Notes: generated by a model from the letters alone, not told the origin. Positions 50,241 to 63,601 are shown, numbered from the stretch's first letter. The stretch is 64,000 nt of DNA from Paragordius varius (GCA_964247055.1 OZ176057.1:992001-1056000); one strand, 5' to 3'. Translations and numbers: made by a program.

Positions 50241-52825
50241 TTAAAAAATTTTCTTTGAACCCTATTCAAAGTTTCATATGTTTTTCAAAATGATTTTGTG
50301 ATTAGGTAAGAATCTCAACATATGAGTAAGGACAATAAAATGGTAAAAACCTCTACATGGCTAAATTTATATTTTTAAATATTTTAATACATATAAATTA
50401 AGTTATATAATATCTAATTTTCTTGGATAAAAAGAACATTATTAAAAGGTTTTTATCACTTGGTAGTATGTAGGACATGGATATATAGCCTAATTTTATA
50501 ATATAATTGGGAGGGTTATTAAGCAAATTATTTTTAATGGCAATTAAAATGAGACTGCGAAAATTATAAAAATTTAACCCAATTAAACTTAGAATAAAAA
50601 TACCCTGAGAAATTGGTAGAAATCTAGTTTTCATGGTAATTGACACGGAGATTATAATTATTTTGTTAAAGTCCATTTATGATAGATGGCATCAGTTAAT
50701 GATGCTTTTGGTTATGGGCCTATGAATATTTAAATATTTATACTATTGTTTTTTTAGAAATTAAAAATCGCAAAATTTGCGCATGTTAAGCTTATCCAAA
50801 AATTTGTTTTAAAGTTGACTGCTTCCTTCCAAAATATCATAATATACATTATTTATATTTAACATATTAATTATAGGGAGTTCTATACATGAGAATAGTA
50901 TTAGGCCAGATTGAAAAAAGCTAATATTAACCATTAACGCGCTTGATTTATAAAATTTGTAAAAAAATCCTGATCTCAATATACCGCCTTTACCATTTTG
51001 ACTTCTTATAAAACGCTACTAAGATAGAAAAAATATATATTATGGTTAAAAAATTTAAATGATTAACTAGAAAAGCAATTTAATAATAGCAGTAAAGGTT
51101 AGATAATGATTTTCAGCTGAGTTTTCAATCTTTTGGTCTATTTAAATTTAGTGAGAAATTAAAAATGCAAATTTGTTATCTAATACAGGAGAAAAAGGTT
51201 TGATGATAAATTATCATTTTATTACACGCTTACTAGCACAATGTCCTCGAAACATAAAAAATAATTGGCTTTGGCCCCTACTATGATTTGAGAAAATTAT
51301 TTAGACTTTTTGGCGAATGGTCTATGTCAGAAAATGGATATACTTGCACATAATTTTCAAATAAAAATTTTTTGATAAAAGCTAAATGCTTCACAGCAAA
51401 AAATATCAGCAAACGGTTACATAAAAAGAATATAAATATATTGAAATTGTGATTTTTAGATGTAGGCTTCCAAAAAATTTTCCGCTATTCTATAATGGGC
51501 CAGTTTTCTCAAAATAACAACCCCGAAAGTGCGAGATAAAAATTTAAATATGTGGTAATTTTGATATCCACGAAAATTATATTTTTTAAAAAGGCATAGT
51601 TTTACAGAAAAATTTAGCAAAATTTAATGAAGCATAGATCATACTATTTTACCTAAGAATAATTGAGTCAAATTTGATTTGGACATTTTACGAGCATTTA
51701 TAAATGCCATACCTTATTAAAACAGGAGCCTTTAAATTAATTATTTAATACTTTTGTGTCACTGATGATTTTATAACGCCAGCTAGTGCATATCTATCTT
51801 ATAAAACGTAACCCTACGGATTAAGCTATACTTTTTATATTTTAATAAACAAAATGCTATATTTTTGACCCTATATTAACATAAAAAGCTGGCATACAAA
51901 AGAATATAGGCTCTTTTAAATTTAAAATAAAAAATTTTAATTATTGACTTGAGTATAGATGAGCTTAAAATCCTTTTATTTGCCTGCTCTACCCCGCAAA
52001 ATGCCATTTTTGCAAATTAAAGTCCGTACAAATAAATACTTTAAACAAATTTTTCGTTGAAGTTATTGTAAATAGTAATAATTTCATGTACTTAACGTAT
52101 CACAAAAGTTTTAATTACCCGCTTTATTTAAATGCCCAACGTATGTTAATTTTTTAAAAAACCTTTAAGACAATTGATTTTTAGATAATTTAAAATATTT
52201 TGCTTATAAAAGTAATAATATATGTTAAGCGTCATTTTTCAATTAGTAGCTAGTTATAGCCCTACCCTGAAATAATGCACCATAACGGAAATTTGATTTA
52301 GAGTTAAAACAATATAATCATGGGAGAAAAGGGAGTATTATTGGTTCTAATGGGAAATAATAATTTTCTTAGCGCTATTCAAAAAGCAGTTGGGTTGGGC
52401 TTTGCATTCTGAAAAATGCGCCAATTTGCCATTTACAATTCAAATTCACCCTTGTACAATTTAAATTTACCCTCGAAAAAAATTTAACATTGAACTAATC
52501 AAATTCACAAAAATAAATTATGTGTCTTCGGGCTAATATAACTCATTAATATGAAATATATTTTATGGGATAATTTATTATTTTTTCAGTATTATATTAT
52601 TTTTTTAAAAAACTCATTTTTTATAAATATAAAAAATATAGGTAATTTTAGACTTTAAAAAACATATAATTTAATTTAGGGGGGATTTGTTTAAGGGTGA
52701 ATTTGAAAATGGTATATATGGATAGTTTTTCCAAAACATTATACCATATATAATAAAAATTGGTTTCACCCCGTTTAAATAAAGTTGATTTATATTTAGT
52801 TATTGTAAATAATTGATTGTGTTAG

Positions 52826-52859
<34 letters not shown>

Positions 52860-54002
52860 TGTACACACTTTATCATTTCAGCCAATGGTTTATAATATAA
52901 AAATAAATATTTAAAAATTATGGTTGCCTTTTTGAAAAAATATTTGTCCGTTTTGTCCGTATAATTTCAATTTTTACTGTAAATTTAGTCATTGTAATTT
53001 GATTTAAAACGCTGGTTTGTTCCAACATTCAGGAGAATTCGCAACAATCTTAAAAATAAATTAGAGCACCTTTTTGAGAAAAATCATCGTACTAATCAAA
53101 AATGGTTTCAGCCTAAAGCAAAAAATTTAGGCGAGTGTTTTTGATTGATTGACCACTAGAAAGGGCTCAAGCCATTTATAAAATGAGCCACAAAATAAAA
53201 ATTATGTGACTTTGAGGAAATTTTCGGTCAAGCTATGATACTATATGAAATTACTAATAATTTTAGGTACCCCGAAAATACAAAATTTAGATAGAAATTT
53301 TAATAATTTTTAGCTGTGGGCATGTTTATATAAATTCAGAACGAATACCTATTTAAGATTTAAATTATGATATAAAATTATGTATTTTTGAAAAAATGGC
53401 TTATGGTATTTTGTGGTATTATGGAAACGGTACCCGTTATAAGATTATAAAATTCTCCTAATTTGAGTCTACTGAAGATTATCACCTCCAAAACTAGATT
53501 AGAAATTTGCTAGCCTTTATATGAGAATAATAGAAATCTTCAGGAACTAATTACACGAAAATGGTTTAAACAATTTATTATATTTTGGCGTAGCTTTTTA
53601 CCTGCAGGCGATTTGTAATAAGCCAAATTTAATAATATGTTTTATAGCATAGGCGCATAGCTAATGTAAAATTGTAAAAAAAATCCAACATTTCGGGGCT
53701 TATTTTCTTTGACAGTTAAACACTTTTAATCGTAAAGGATTACAATATAAAGTAGTTTACACAGAGCGTAATCATGTAAATAAATTACTTTTTTTTGTTT
53801 GGATATTTAATTATTATCAATAGTTCGGATGAAATTCTATTTTTACAATTACTACATTTCAAAATGGTAATAGCTCTGGAACTATATAAAAACTAACAGT
53901 TCTTTTTGAAAATAATAAATATCAAAATTTGCCCTTGAATTTAAAAAATTTCCAAAGTTAATTTTTTTACTATACTATGCGTTAATTTTGTTTTGTAAAG
54001 CT

Positions 54003-54060
54003 ACATTCAAAGAAAAAAACGGATGAAAAAAATTTTTCATCGGTTTTTTTCTTTGAATGT
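54003..54060. repeat. 58-nt near-perfect palindrome (about 28-bp stem, one mismatch)
   Basis: ACATTCAAAGAAAAAAACGGATGAAAAA / TTTTTCATCGGTTTTTTTCTTTGAATGT. Confidence 0.85.
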
Positions 54061-54779
54061 GGGTTTAAAAATTTAATGAATAATGGCCTATAACATTCCG
54101 GTAGGGTTATAAAAAATAATCTGATAAAATATATATATTCTGATGGGAAAATGTATCAGGATTATCATGGTGCTTTTGGTTTTATCCTTACGGTCGTAAG
54201 TGCTGCATATGAAAATCATAGAAATTTGCGTCCATTTTTTAAAAAAATTTTTGTTGGTGAAAGCTAAATCCATTCCAAAAAATATTAATATATATTGTAT
54301 ACTACGTATATGAAGTAAAGCAATATTTTTTTAAAACTTAAATTTTTACATGTAGACTGAGTAAGTTACAATATTTTTTTCTCTTCTAAATAGGCTCTCT
54401 TAAAGTAATATCAAAAATGCCCAGATCGTACGATAATTTTTTATATAAGCTAAATCTTGTTATGGATTATTTTTTTTTTAAAAATGCACATCTCTTTTTA
54501 TACCTTCCGATTTTAGATGCAATGTAATAGCTTCAGCAAAATTTATAACAAAACTTTAATATGCAACTTAGAATTAATGGCAATAATGCGTATAAATGTT
54601 TAAAAAATAAATAGTTAATTAAATTATTTACTATTTATTTTTTAAACATCAATACGCATTATTGCCATTAACCCTAACTTGATTTATAAATGCGTGACCT
54701 TATTTTTTTATAATATGCAACATCTTAAATATATCAACACTTCCCTACATTTTTATTTTTTTACGTGATCACTTTGGTT

Positions 54780-55200
54780 CATAGATCAAGCCGATTAAAA
54801 TCTAGAGTCGCAAATACGGATAACTCCGAAAGATAAAAACGGACAGCTGTTATTGAAAGTAAGGGAATTGATATTTTTAACCAAAAAACATACAAGTCAT
54901 TCTTTAAATTTAAGAGAAACCTTTAAAATATGGAATAATCAAAAAAAGAAAAGGTAAATAAATGGGTAGCTTAGTCTAACATAATTAAGTTTAAAATATA
55001 AAATTATCACACACTATTCGTATGTTGACTCTTAGAAACTAAAAATTTTGCAAATCCCGATTGACTCAAACAACTAAAAAATATGAAACGAATTGCTGTT
55101 AAAATGTAGCCTGAAAGCTTTTTTGGTAATATTAACATTGAGCATAATATGGAAATATTTGCCTCTAACATTAATGTTTTTAAAAAAATGTCATAGAGTG
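54780..55200 (+). mobile_element. Decayed LINE fragment
   Basis: KDKNGQLL matches the RTE linker motif (KDxxGxLL) also seen in the 41-43 kb copy; the remainder is degenerate. Confidence 0.35.
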
Positions 55201-55277
55201 TAAAACAGCATCGTTATTGATAATAAGGCATTTAAATTTATTTCGCACAAAAATAAGGTAATGTGTTCTGGGATTTT

Positions 55278-55790
55278 ATACCACTTCCATTCAAATAAGG
55301 GTATATAAATACCTCAGACAAATTTAAGTTATGATTTTTAAAAAATTACTGATAAAAACTATATAAATATGCCAAAATATCTGAATATTTAAAAAAAAAA
55401 TTCCATGTTAAACTACTTCGAAACCTTTTTTTTACAAAATTTTTGCACATCGTCTTCATTTTGTTTTAAGAGTATAACTAAAATTATTTTTTTATACTAA
55501 ATTATAACATAGATAGAAATAAAAAAGCGGTTTATTTTGTATTATTTTTCAATTTCCATTGCAAACATTTCACATTGGCTAAATTTTTACCTTCCTTTAG
55601 CTTAAAATGAGTATTATCAAGTATTTTGAAAATTTTTTTAATATATTTCGGTTTATTAACGTTATATAAGTGCCATTCGCCATGGTTTTAATTCCTTCCA
55701 TTTTTAAAGATTTTAATTTTAGAGGCATGGGGTATCCAACTACCCCAATTAGAATCGAATGACTAAAATTAATGTGTTGTATCCAAGTGC
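55278..55790 (-). mobile_element. TTAA-type MITE, inverted copy of the 7.9-9.9 kb family
   Basis: GGGGTATCCAACTACCCCAATTAGAATCGAA...TGTATCCAAGTG is the reverse complement of the 7856 left end. Confidence 0.7.
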
Positions 55791-56407
55791 TAATAATATC
55801 AATAATGATTTGAATAATCATTCCATATTAGTATTTGATTTGTTCATTTCAACCCCTAAATTTAGAAAATATGTTTTTTGGCAATATAAATTTTTGGTGA
55901 ACTCAAAAAACTAATTTTAATATATTAAAAGCTCCCAATTTATAAAATTAATAAGGTTCGGAGTAATGATTCGATATTTGTTATTAACCCACTTAAATGT
56001 TACATGCCAATTTTTATACCAAAAAAAATGTTGTAAATACATGATTATAACGCTTTTTCGTTAGTTAAATATGTTTTTTTTAATAATTACGATTTTATAA
56101 TAAATATCCATTTAATTTTTTTAATTACCAATCATATCTATATTTATAATCAACATTTTTTAAATAAAATTTTAAATTTTACGGGCCACGCGGTAGATAT
56201 TGATTTTTTTACTTTGCGCAAAATACCAATGTATTGATTTGTTGCACAATGCAAAATCGTGTGTGTTTTTATAATGAAACAGTTGTTGTTTTATTTTTTT
56301 CTCCAGATATTACTGTAGTTTAAAAGGCATTCATCCTATATTTTAAATAACAATATTAATAACGTAACTTTGTTTTATTTTTTATCCCAATTACATAAAT
56401 ATTTTAA

Positions 56408-56878
56408 ATGATGACCACAACTTCAATTCTCGATTCCACAGCGGAAACTAATTCTGGAGAAAACATATCAAATGATACGGATATAAATTCAAAAGTTACA
56501 TGCTCTGAAACTGGCCAGGATATAATTGCTTTAAAAACCAACAAAGTTTCGCCTGTAATTAACAATGTTGCTATTGATGAATTTTATGATGGTAAACTTG
56601 ATTTTAAACAGTCGTCGTCTGCTCCCAATCAAACTCCAAAAAGAACAAGACCAAACGATAATTTACCGGATGATAACGAAAAATTAAATGGCGGAAAAAG
56701 GTTAAAAAAATCAAAGTTGGATTCGCAGGAAGCAAATTGTGATGACGATAAATCAACAAACCAAGGTACAGAAAATATTGATTCAGTGGATAGTGGCAGT
56801 TTTACCAAATTTGACCCGAAAAGCAAGCTTACAACCATTGAAAACAAGGTTGATTTTATCGAAACAGGTGTTAATAAG
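56408..56878 (+). CDS. RBFOX-like first coding exon (low-complexity N-terminus)
   Basis: 157 open codons, GTATGT donor, phase 0 matches the next exon. Confidence 0.75.
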
Positions 56879-59800
56879 GTATGTTAAGTTATGTTCTAAA
56901 AGAGGGGTAGGCCTCTATTATATTTTTGCAGTCCACGGGAATTTTGAAATGCAACATTTCAGGAAATCCGATTGAGATTGATTTTCTATCTGAAAAATCT
57001 TCTATAAATTGTAAAAAATAAATAGCAGTTTTATAGTGTTATGTTCTTATTCAATTAAAAATTTGTTAATGCCCATGTATTTTATGAATGCGGCCCGTGG
57101 AATTTTTTAATTTTAGCGTCCCGCAAAATCATTCGTTTTTGACACCCGTGCTTTAAAAAATCACCAAAAAATGTATCGTTTGTTTATTTTTAAATTGTGA
57201 TATCTTTCGATTAATTTAGGTTTATTTTTCGATTTTAACCATTTTTCCAAAAAATATAAACTAAGTTAAAATAAAATTTGAAATCAAATAAATTAAAAAG
57301 TGCCATATATATATATACTTCCGATTTGTGCTGGACACTTCTGATTCAAAAGCTTCTTATAGTGTAAACTTTATTTAAGGTAATCTAGGAAGTATTTGAC
57401 ATATTTATGGTTTTAATATAATTTTTGTTACCGATTTTCAAAATGACACCAGACCGTTCAGACCTAATCCTAAAAACGACACTTTTTTGTAATTAATATA
57501 TATGTATATATACATGTCCCCTTTAATAAAAATCTTAGGAGACAAACAATGTTGAAATTGGTCAAATCTCTACTACGGACACTACAGTCATTAACGTTAA
57601 TTCTAACAGCACACTAAAAGATTCTGAAAAGTTTGATGTTTTTGGCCCAACTTTTAATTTTGCCTCGCAGACGAAACTTGATAAAACTTTTATTACAAAC
57701 ACAAATAATCAATTATGCGACACGGTGAATGAAAATGTGCGATATTTCGATCAACTCTTGTCTAAAATAGATAGTAGTGTTGTACAACAGGAAAAATATG
57801 TGATTGATAAGCATGACGAAAAACTACCATATGAAGAATCGAATAAGCTTAATTTGGTACCTGAAGAAAGTGTTCTGGACAAAACTGATGTTAATTTAAC
57901 TTCAAATATCAGTTCTAATACTAATAAACGATTACATATCTCAAATATACCGTTCAAATTTCGAGACCATGACTTAAAACAGCTTTTTGGTGTAAGATTT
58001 TCTCATACACATAAACTTTTAAAACAAATTTTGTGTTTTTTTCTTAAAAAAGTTTATCTCTATTTTTACAGGAATATGGACCTATTATTGATGCCGAAAT
58101 AATTTTTAATGAACGCGGATCTAAGGTATATTAATGATTTTTTTTAAACAACCTTAAATTTAAACTTTTTTTATATATGTATTAGAAATTAGATAATCTA
58201 AAAAAATTAATCACTTCAATAATATCTTTTATAACATTCAAAGCAATGTAATAAAAATCCGTGTTTTAAATAATCTTTAATAAAAATAAAACATCCTGTG
58301 TAAAGTAAAAATAACCATATGCATTACATAATTTATTTTTTTCATTTGACAGAAGTGTATGGTAACAAACAACACATGGTTAACATGAACCATTTTTTCC
58401 ATTAATTTTGTTGTTTAATTATAGGCATCTTTTTTTATTTCATACGTCGGCGCGTAATATAATAAACTCAACGCACACTGTCCACATGTGCACACTTTAT
58501 ATATATACTACCCCTATATACAGTAGCGTATGGCATAAAACATTATTAGTCCATAAAAAAAATAAAAAAATGTTTTCAAAAAATAAGGGGATATTATGGA
58601 TATGTATTTGTGAAACTAGGCTTATTGTAAAAAAAACTTTTTTTTTCATTCTTTTATGGACTAATAATGTTTTATGCCATACGCTACTATAATTTCAATA
58701 TGAGATACAGATGGTCGGTTTTTGTAAACTTAAAATTATTTGATTTACAAAGTTCATTTAAACAGTTCCCTTAAAAATAATTTGGTGGTTTTATACATAT
58801 CTTACTGTTTAATTTTTTGGCCTTATGAAAGATTTTCAAGTAATTTTCAAACGACTTATCAATGATAAGTTTACTTATAAATCTATTTTTCCCATTTATC
58901 CTTAAACTTTTTATACAAATGTGATGGATTTTAGTTTTTTTTTCAATTTTATATAGAAAAGGGGGATTATAGAAAGAATAAGATTTTGTCGAATCTGTGT
59001 TTTAACAAAACCATATGTGTATGGGAATTGGTTTATTCTCTTAATATTCTACCCTGGAGATGATTTACATTGAAAAGATTCATCTGTAAGCAATATTAAT
59101 CTCGTTTTGAATTCTGGCGCGTTCATGCATATGTGGATATATGAATAGATTGCACATTATTATTATTGAGTTCAATTTTGTGTATATTACGTAAGAGTTG
59201 TGTTTCGTGTATGTCTGTTTTTTATATATTGTGAGGAAACAGTTTGAATTGCATTTTTACACTAACGAACGAGAAAATTATTAATAATGGTCATTTTGGG
59301 GTATTTTGCAATTGGCTAAAATGGGATTTAAATTAGTACATGTCCGTTGTCATGCATGTATGAAATTTTTCGTGTGTTAGGATTAATAATTATACATTTT
59401 TGAAACTGTTGAATCTAAGGGACAGTCTTTATTCATAAATATGTGTAATTACAGTATGCATTTCAATGGTTACTTTTTTCACATTTATAGTTGGTCATTT
59501 TGCAACACCAGTAGTTTATGTATCTATGAAAAAAACAGCAAAATGTTGGATAAACAATTTTTTCATTTCTTACATTACATTGGGCAACAAATTTTGACTT
59601 TTTTAAACTGCCATTCTTGTAAATTTATAAAGATTAAATTATACAAATTTCTTAGGTGGCGTTATAATTTTTATTTCAGATTTGCTGTTAAAATAATGGT
59701 AAATATCTGAAAATGCAAAAAACTCGAGTGGCAGAAAAATTTGTTGTCCAGTGTTATACTTTGTATGTTTTATTCACAATATTTTTTTCCATACTACACT

Positions 59801-60975
59801 ATTATTGTGTTGCGAATTCCCCCCTACTAAAGCGTGAAATAAGCAACCATTAAAATGCATACTGTACTTTTACATAAAAAAGTTAATACATGGCAAAAAA
59901 CAGGTTACTTACAGTCATGTATCATTTATTTTATTTAAAATTTATTTTCTTTCGTCAAATGGGTAGAAATAGTTAAAGAATGGAAAAAAACAAGAGCTCT
60001 ATAGTATTAACAATATATGTCATATTCATCAAAAAAGTATAAGAATTATACCATAGTGCTCTTGTTTTTTCCATTCTTTACCAACTATTTATACCCATTT
60101 AACGAACAAAAAAATAAATAAATTTTTGATAAAATAAAGGATACATGACTCTATATTCCCCCCCCCCACCCCTTAAGCCATTTAAAGTACTGGAATGATC
60201 TATAATAGTGTTTTCGTTACCGTATGATTTAAGATTGCCACATTTGATAATATTTTTAATAATTAACTCCATCTGCTGTTGTATGGGAAATTTGGCCATG
60301 TATGTTTTTGTTGCAAGCAACATTGTAACATTTTCTCCTGATTATATGGATGGATTGAATGTAAAAACAATATGTTACCGGTTTCACAATTTATTTATGT
60401 AAGGAGAGGATTTGTTAAAGAATAATTGTATGGATTAAAATAAACTGCTAAAAATTTGATGATTTATGTTATTAACTGGTGTTAGACGGTCATATGTGTC
60501 TCTATGTTGCAAGCAACATTGAATGTAAAGATGGATCTTTTGAAAATATGATGGATGTTACCCGATTGAAAATTTATATTTACAGTAGCGTATGGGATCA
60601 AACAATATCATTCCATAAAAGAATAAAAAAATGTTTTTATAATAAATAAAGGGGATAATATGTGTATAAGACATTTAGTATTCTTTTATGGATTAATATG
60701 TTTTATGCCATACGCTACTGTATTTGATCTCTAGATAACTTACAGACAGGAGTGTATGGAAAAAAAAGAAAGGAAATAAATGTTTATTCAACATTTGTGT
60801 TGTTTTTTCCATACACTACTGTGTCGTTTTGAAATAAGCAACCATTAAAATGCATCATACTGTAATCTGAATATGTACATTCTTTACTGTTTTTTGGAAA
60901 ACTTGTGTAAAATTTTCTGCAATCATTTTAATTCTTTCATTAAAAATGTGCCCCAGCTAACCAGCATGATTCCAC

Positions 60976-61069
<94 letters not shown>

Positions 61070-63601
61070 TGTTTGGGAAGTTTAAAATATCGATTAATTT
61101 ATCCATGATTTGCATTATATAATATATGTATGTGGTAATACAGTATACTGTATACTAGCATGCTTATCTCACTCATATCTGCATAACATATGTGAAATAT
61201 TGATTTTTAATTCGAAACTACATATATATATATAATTTGTTGAATCTTGATAAGAATAGCATGTTATGTATAAAAATTATAGATGGCTAGATAATTAATA
61301 ATATTATATTGCATTTGGGTATTTTTAGTATGTTAGAAATTTAAAATATAGCTCAAATTATAATTATTAAATATTTTTAGTAAAGTGAAAATTTTTTGGT
61401 CCAAGGGTATTTTGCTTAAAAAGTTTCATTTTTTAAAATATTCAGCTATTAATAATAAAATTAAACCCATTCGATAATTAAACACCCCATTTAGCCAATT
61501 AAATCTCTCTCTTTACTGTGTTATATCAATATATTATACAAATAATTCCACATTTAGCTCAAAATTAATCTAAACACGAATGTTTCTTTTTTTGTAATTT
61601 AAGATTTTGCATGTTGAACTATATATATTACATTTACAGTTTAAATTCACCCTCGAACAACTCAAATTCACCCTAAAAAAATTATGTGTTCTTTAAGATT
61701 AAAAATTACCTATATTTTTAAGAAAATGAAATTTTGTTCAAAATTAATATAGCACTGAAAAAAGAATAAACTATTCCATGTATATATTAACCAGAAAACG
61801 CATAATTTATTTTTAGGGCAAATTTGAATTGTTCAAGGGTGAATTTGAATTGTAAATGAATGGTATATATATATATATTGATTGCACATATATATTTGCA
61901 TATATAGGGTTTTGGATTTATAACCTTTAAACACGGGTCCGATGCTGACAAAGCTAGAGAAGCCTTACACGGTACCCTGGTTGAGGGGCGAAAAATTGAA
62001 GTATATAATAACTTACACTAAACTGTTTTTTTTCAGTTTTATAGGTTATAGATATTGTTCAATCAAGTGATTTTTATTAGTTCTTATTTTAAAATCTGTA
62101 TATATACCATTTACACTTCAAATTTATTCTTGAACAATTCAAATTCCACCCTAAAAATATTATGTGTTTTGGGATAATATAACTCCTCATTAATATGAAA
62201 TATATATTTACGGAATAGGTTTTCATTTTTTTGGCAAATTAATTTTAACAGAATTTCTTATTTTAAAAATATTATAAAAAAAGTAATTTTTAATCTTAAA
62301 AAAACACATAATTTGTTTTAGGGTGAATTTGAATTGTTTGAGAGTGAATTTGAATTGTTCAAGAGTGAATTTGAATTGTAAATGGTATATATATATATAT
62401 ATATATATACAGTATGAGTAAGTATACATTGCAATAAAGTTATAAATTATTGCCAAATAGTAAATACAATACAACAAAGGGGGCAGTATTAGTTTGTTAA
62501 TAATAGTAAAAAGTGAAAAAAATAACTATAAGCCTATAATACTGCCCTTTGTTGTATTGTATTTACTATTTGGCAATAATTAATAACTTTTTTATATGAA
62601 ACAAGCTTATATATATATAGATATATATATATATATATATATAACTTGAATAATATTTTGATTTTGGTTGAGTATGGAAAAATTGAAGTATAATATATTA
62701 ATCAGCTGATTTGAATAGTGTAATTTTAATATTTTTCTGGTGGTGAGCGGTTTAAAGTACGCTTTTATATTCTATATTCATTAGAAATTTGAAAATTCAA
62801 AAATTTGATTAAAAAAGAAACAAAAAGAAATAAATTATTTTTTTTCTGAAAATTATAAAATAAAAAAAAAATTTTTATGAATTCGTTTCATTAATTTGGT
62901 TTTGATTCCAATTTCATTTCAATTATATCTATCATGTCATTTTAAATCCGAAAAATACATATAATTAATAATGCAAGTTATGCATTTTTACGTTCAATAT
63001 ACCATTTACAGCTCAAATTTATCCTCTTGAACAATTTAAAATCACCCTCAAATAAATTAAGTGTTTTTTAAGATTTAAAAATACCCATATTTAATTATAT
63101 TATTAAAAAATGAAATTTCGTTTGAAATTAGCATTTTATTAAACTAAAATAATAGACTATGCTATGAGGAAATAATTCATATTTATGATGAGTTATATTA
63201 GCTGCCCGAAAACATAATTTATTTTTAGGGTTGAATTTAAATTGTTCAAGGGTGAATTTGAATTGTTTGAGGGTTTATTACTTTGAGTTTGTTGTTTTAA
63301 CACTTTTCACAAAAGGTATAACAAATTCACCTTAAAGAATATTTAAAAAAAAGTTTTTTATATCAAAACACAAAATATGAAAATTAATTTATTTTTATTT
63401 TCGAGAAAAAAATCAATCCACTTTAAAAAAAACTTGTCAAGTTCCGTCTTTTTATTTTTAAATCATTTTCTGTTATTCTACAGGTGAATAATGCAACAGC
63501 TAAAGTACAACAAACTAATACACCTAAATTAAACAAGGTAGGACCCTTGCAACAATTTTCTGTGTTAAATTCCAGGGATATTTCTACGCTTAATTCGAAT
63601 C
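56408..63601 (+). CDS. RBFOX (fox-1/A2BP1)-like: RNA-binding Fox-1 homolog, 3' incomplete; join(56408..56878,57539..57991,58072..58125,61908..62000,63484..63601,...)
   Basis: [25 protein letters not shown]|[18 protein letters not shown]|[31 protein letters not shown]|VNNATAKV is nearly identical to the RBFOX RRM, with the 54-nt and 93-nt exons typical of the family. Long low-complexity N-terminus. Confidence 0.93.
57539..57991 (+). CDS. RBFOX-like exon containing RNP2 ([10 protein letters not shown])
   Basis: CTTAG acceptor, GTAAGA donor. Confidence 0.88.
58072..58125 (+). CDS. RBFOX-like 54-nt RRM exon ([18 protein letters not shown])
   Basis: TACAG acceptor, GTATAT donor. Confidence 0.93.
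58521..58688. mobile_element. MITE CAGTAGCGTATGGCATAAAAC...GCCATACGCTACT
   Basis: TIR; second copy at about 60583-60720 in the same intron. Confidence 0.7.
59912..60150. mobile_element. MITE CAGTCATGTATC...GATACATGACT with internal AAACAAGAGCTC(T) inverted blocks
   Basis: Copies at about 46202-46425 and a partial copy at 12830-13029. Confidence 0.75.
60964..61613 (+). promoter_or_regulatory. Cluster of RBFOX-binding (U)GCAUG motifs upstream of the 93-nt RBFOX exon
   Basis: GCATG at 60964, 61158 and 61259; TGCATG at 61608; a further TGCATG at 59353. Confidence 0.5.
60979..61067. repeat. (TA)n microsatellite, about 44 units (longest in the window)
   Basis: Direct reading; other tracts at about 11967, 14430, 14705, 15383, 15706, 19880, 28037, 28823, 29145, 29510, 44542, 52828. 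Confidence 0.95.
61908..62000 (+). CDS. RBFOX-like 93-nt RRM exon with RNP1 (GFGFITF...GRKIE)
   Basis: TATAG acceptor, GTATAT donor, 31 codons. Confidence 0.93.
63484..63601 (+). CDS. RBFOX-like exon [10 protein letters not shown]...
   Basis: TACAG acceptor; GTAAGT donor at 63602 (alternative GTAGGA at 63538). Confidence 0.8.

Noticed and set aside
50700-54000. Possible additional gene between WIPI and RBFOX
   Set aside because: Only short AT-rich ORFs, MITEs and fragments that look like decayed elements; no recognisable domain or consistent exon chain.
56629-57957. Minus-strand ORFs (72 and 68 aa) and shifted-frame ORF 56739-56975
   Set aside because: Shadows of the RBFOX coding exons with no independent support.
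14651-62477. ORFs containing IYIYIY runs
   Set aside because: (TA)n microsatellite translations; only the part of 28591-28866 after the acceptor at 28817 is used as an exon.
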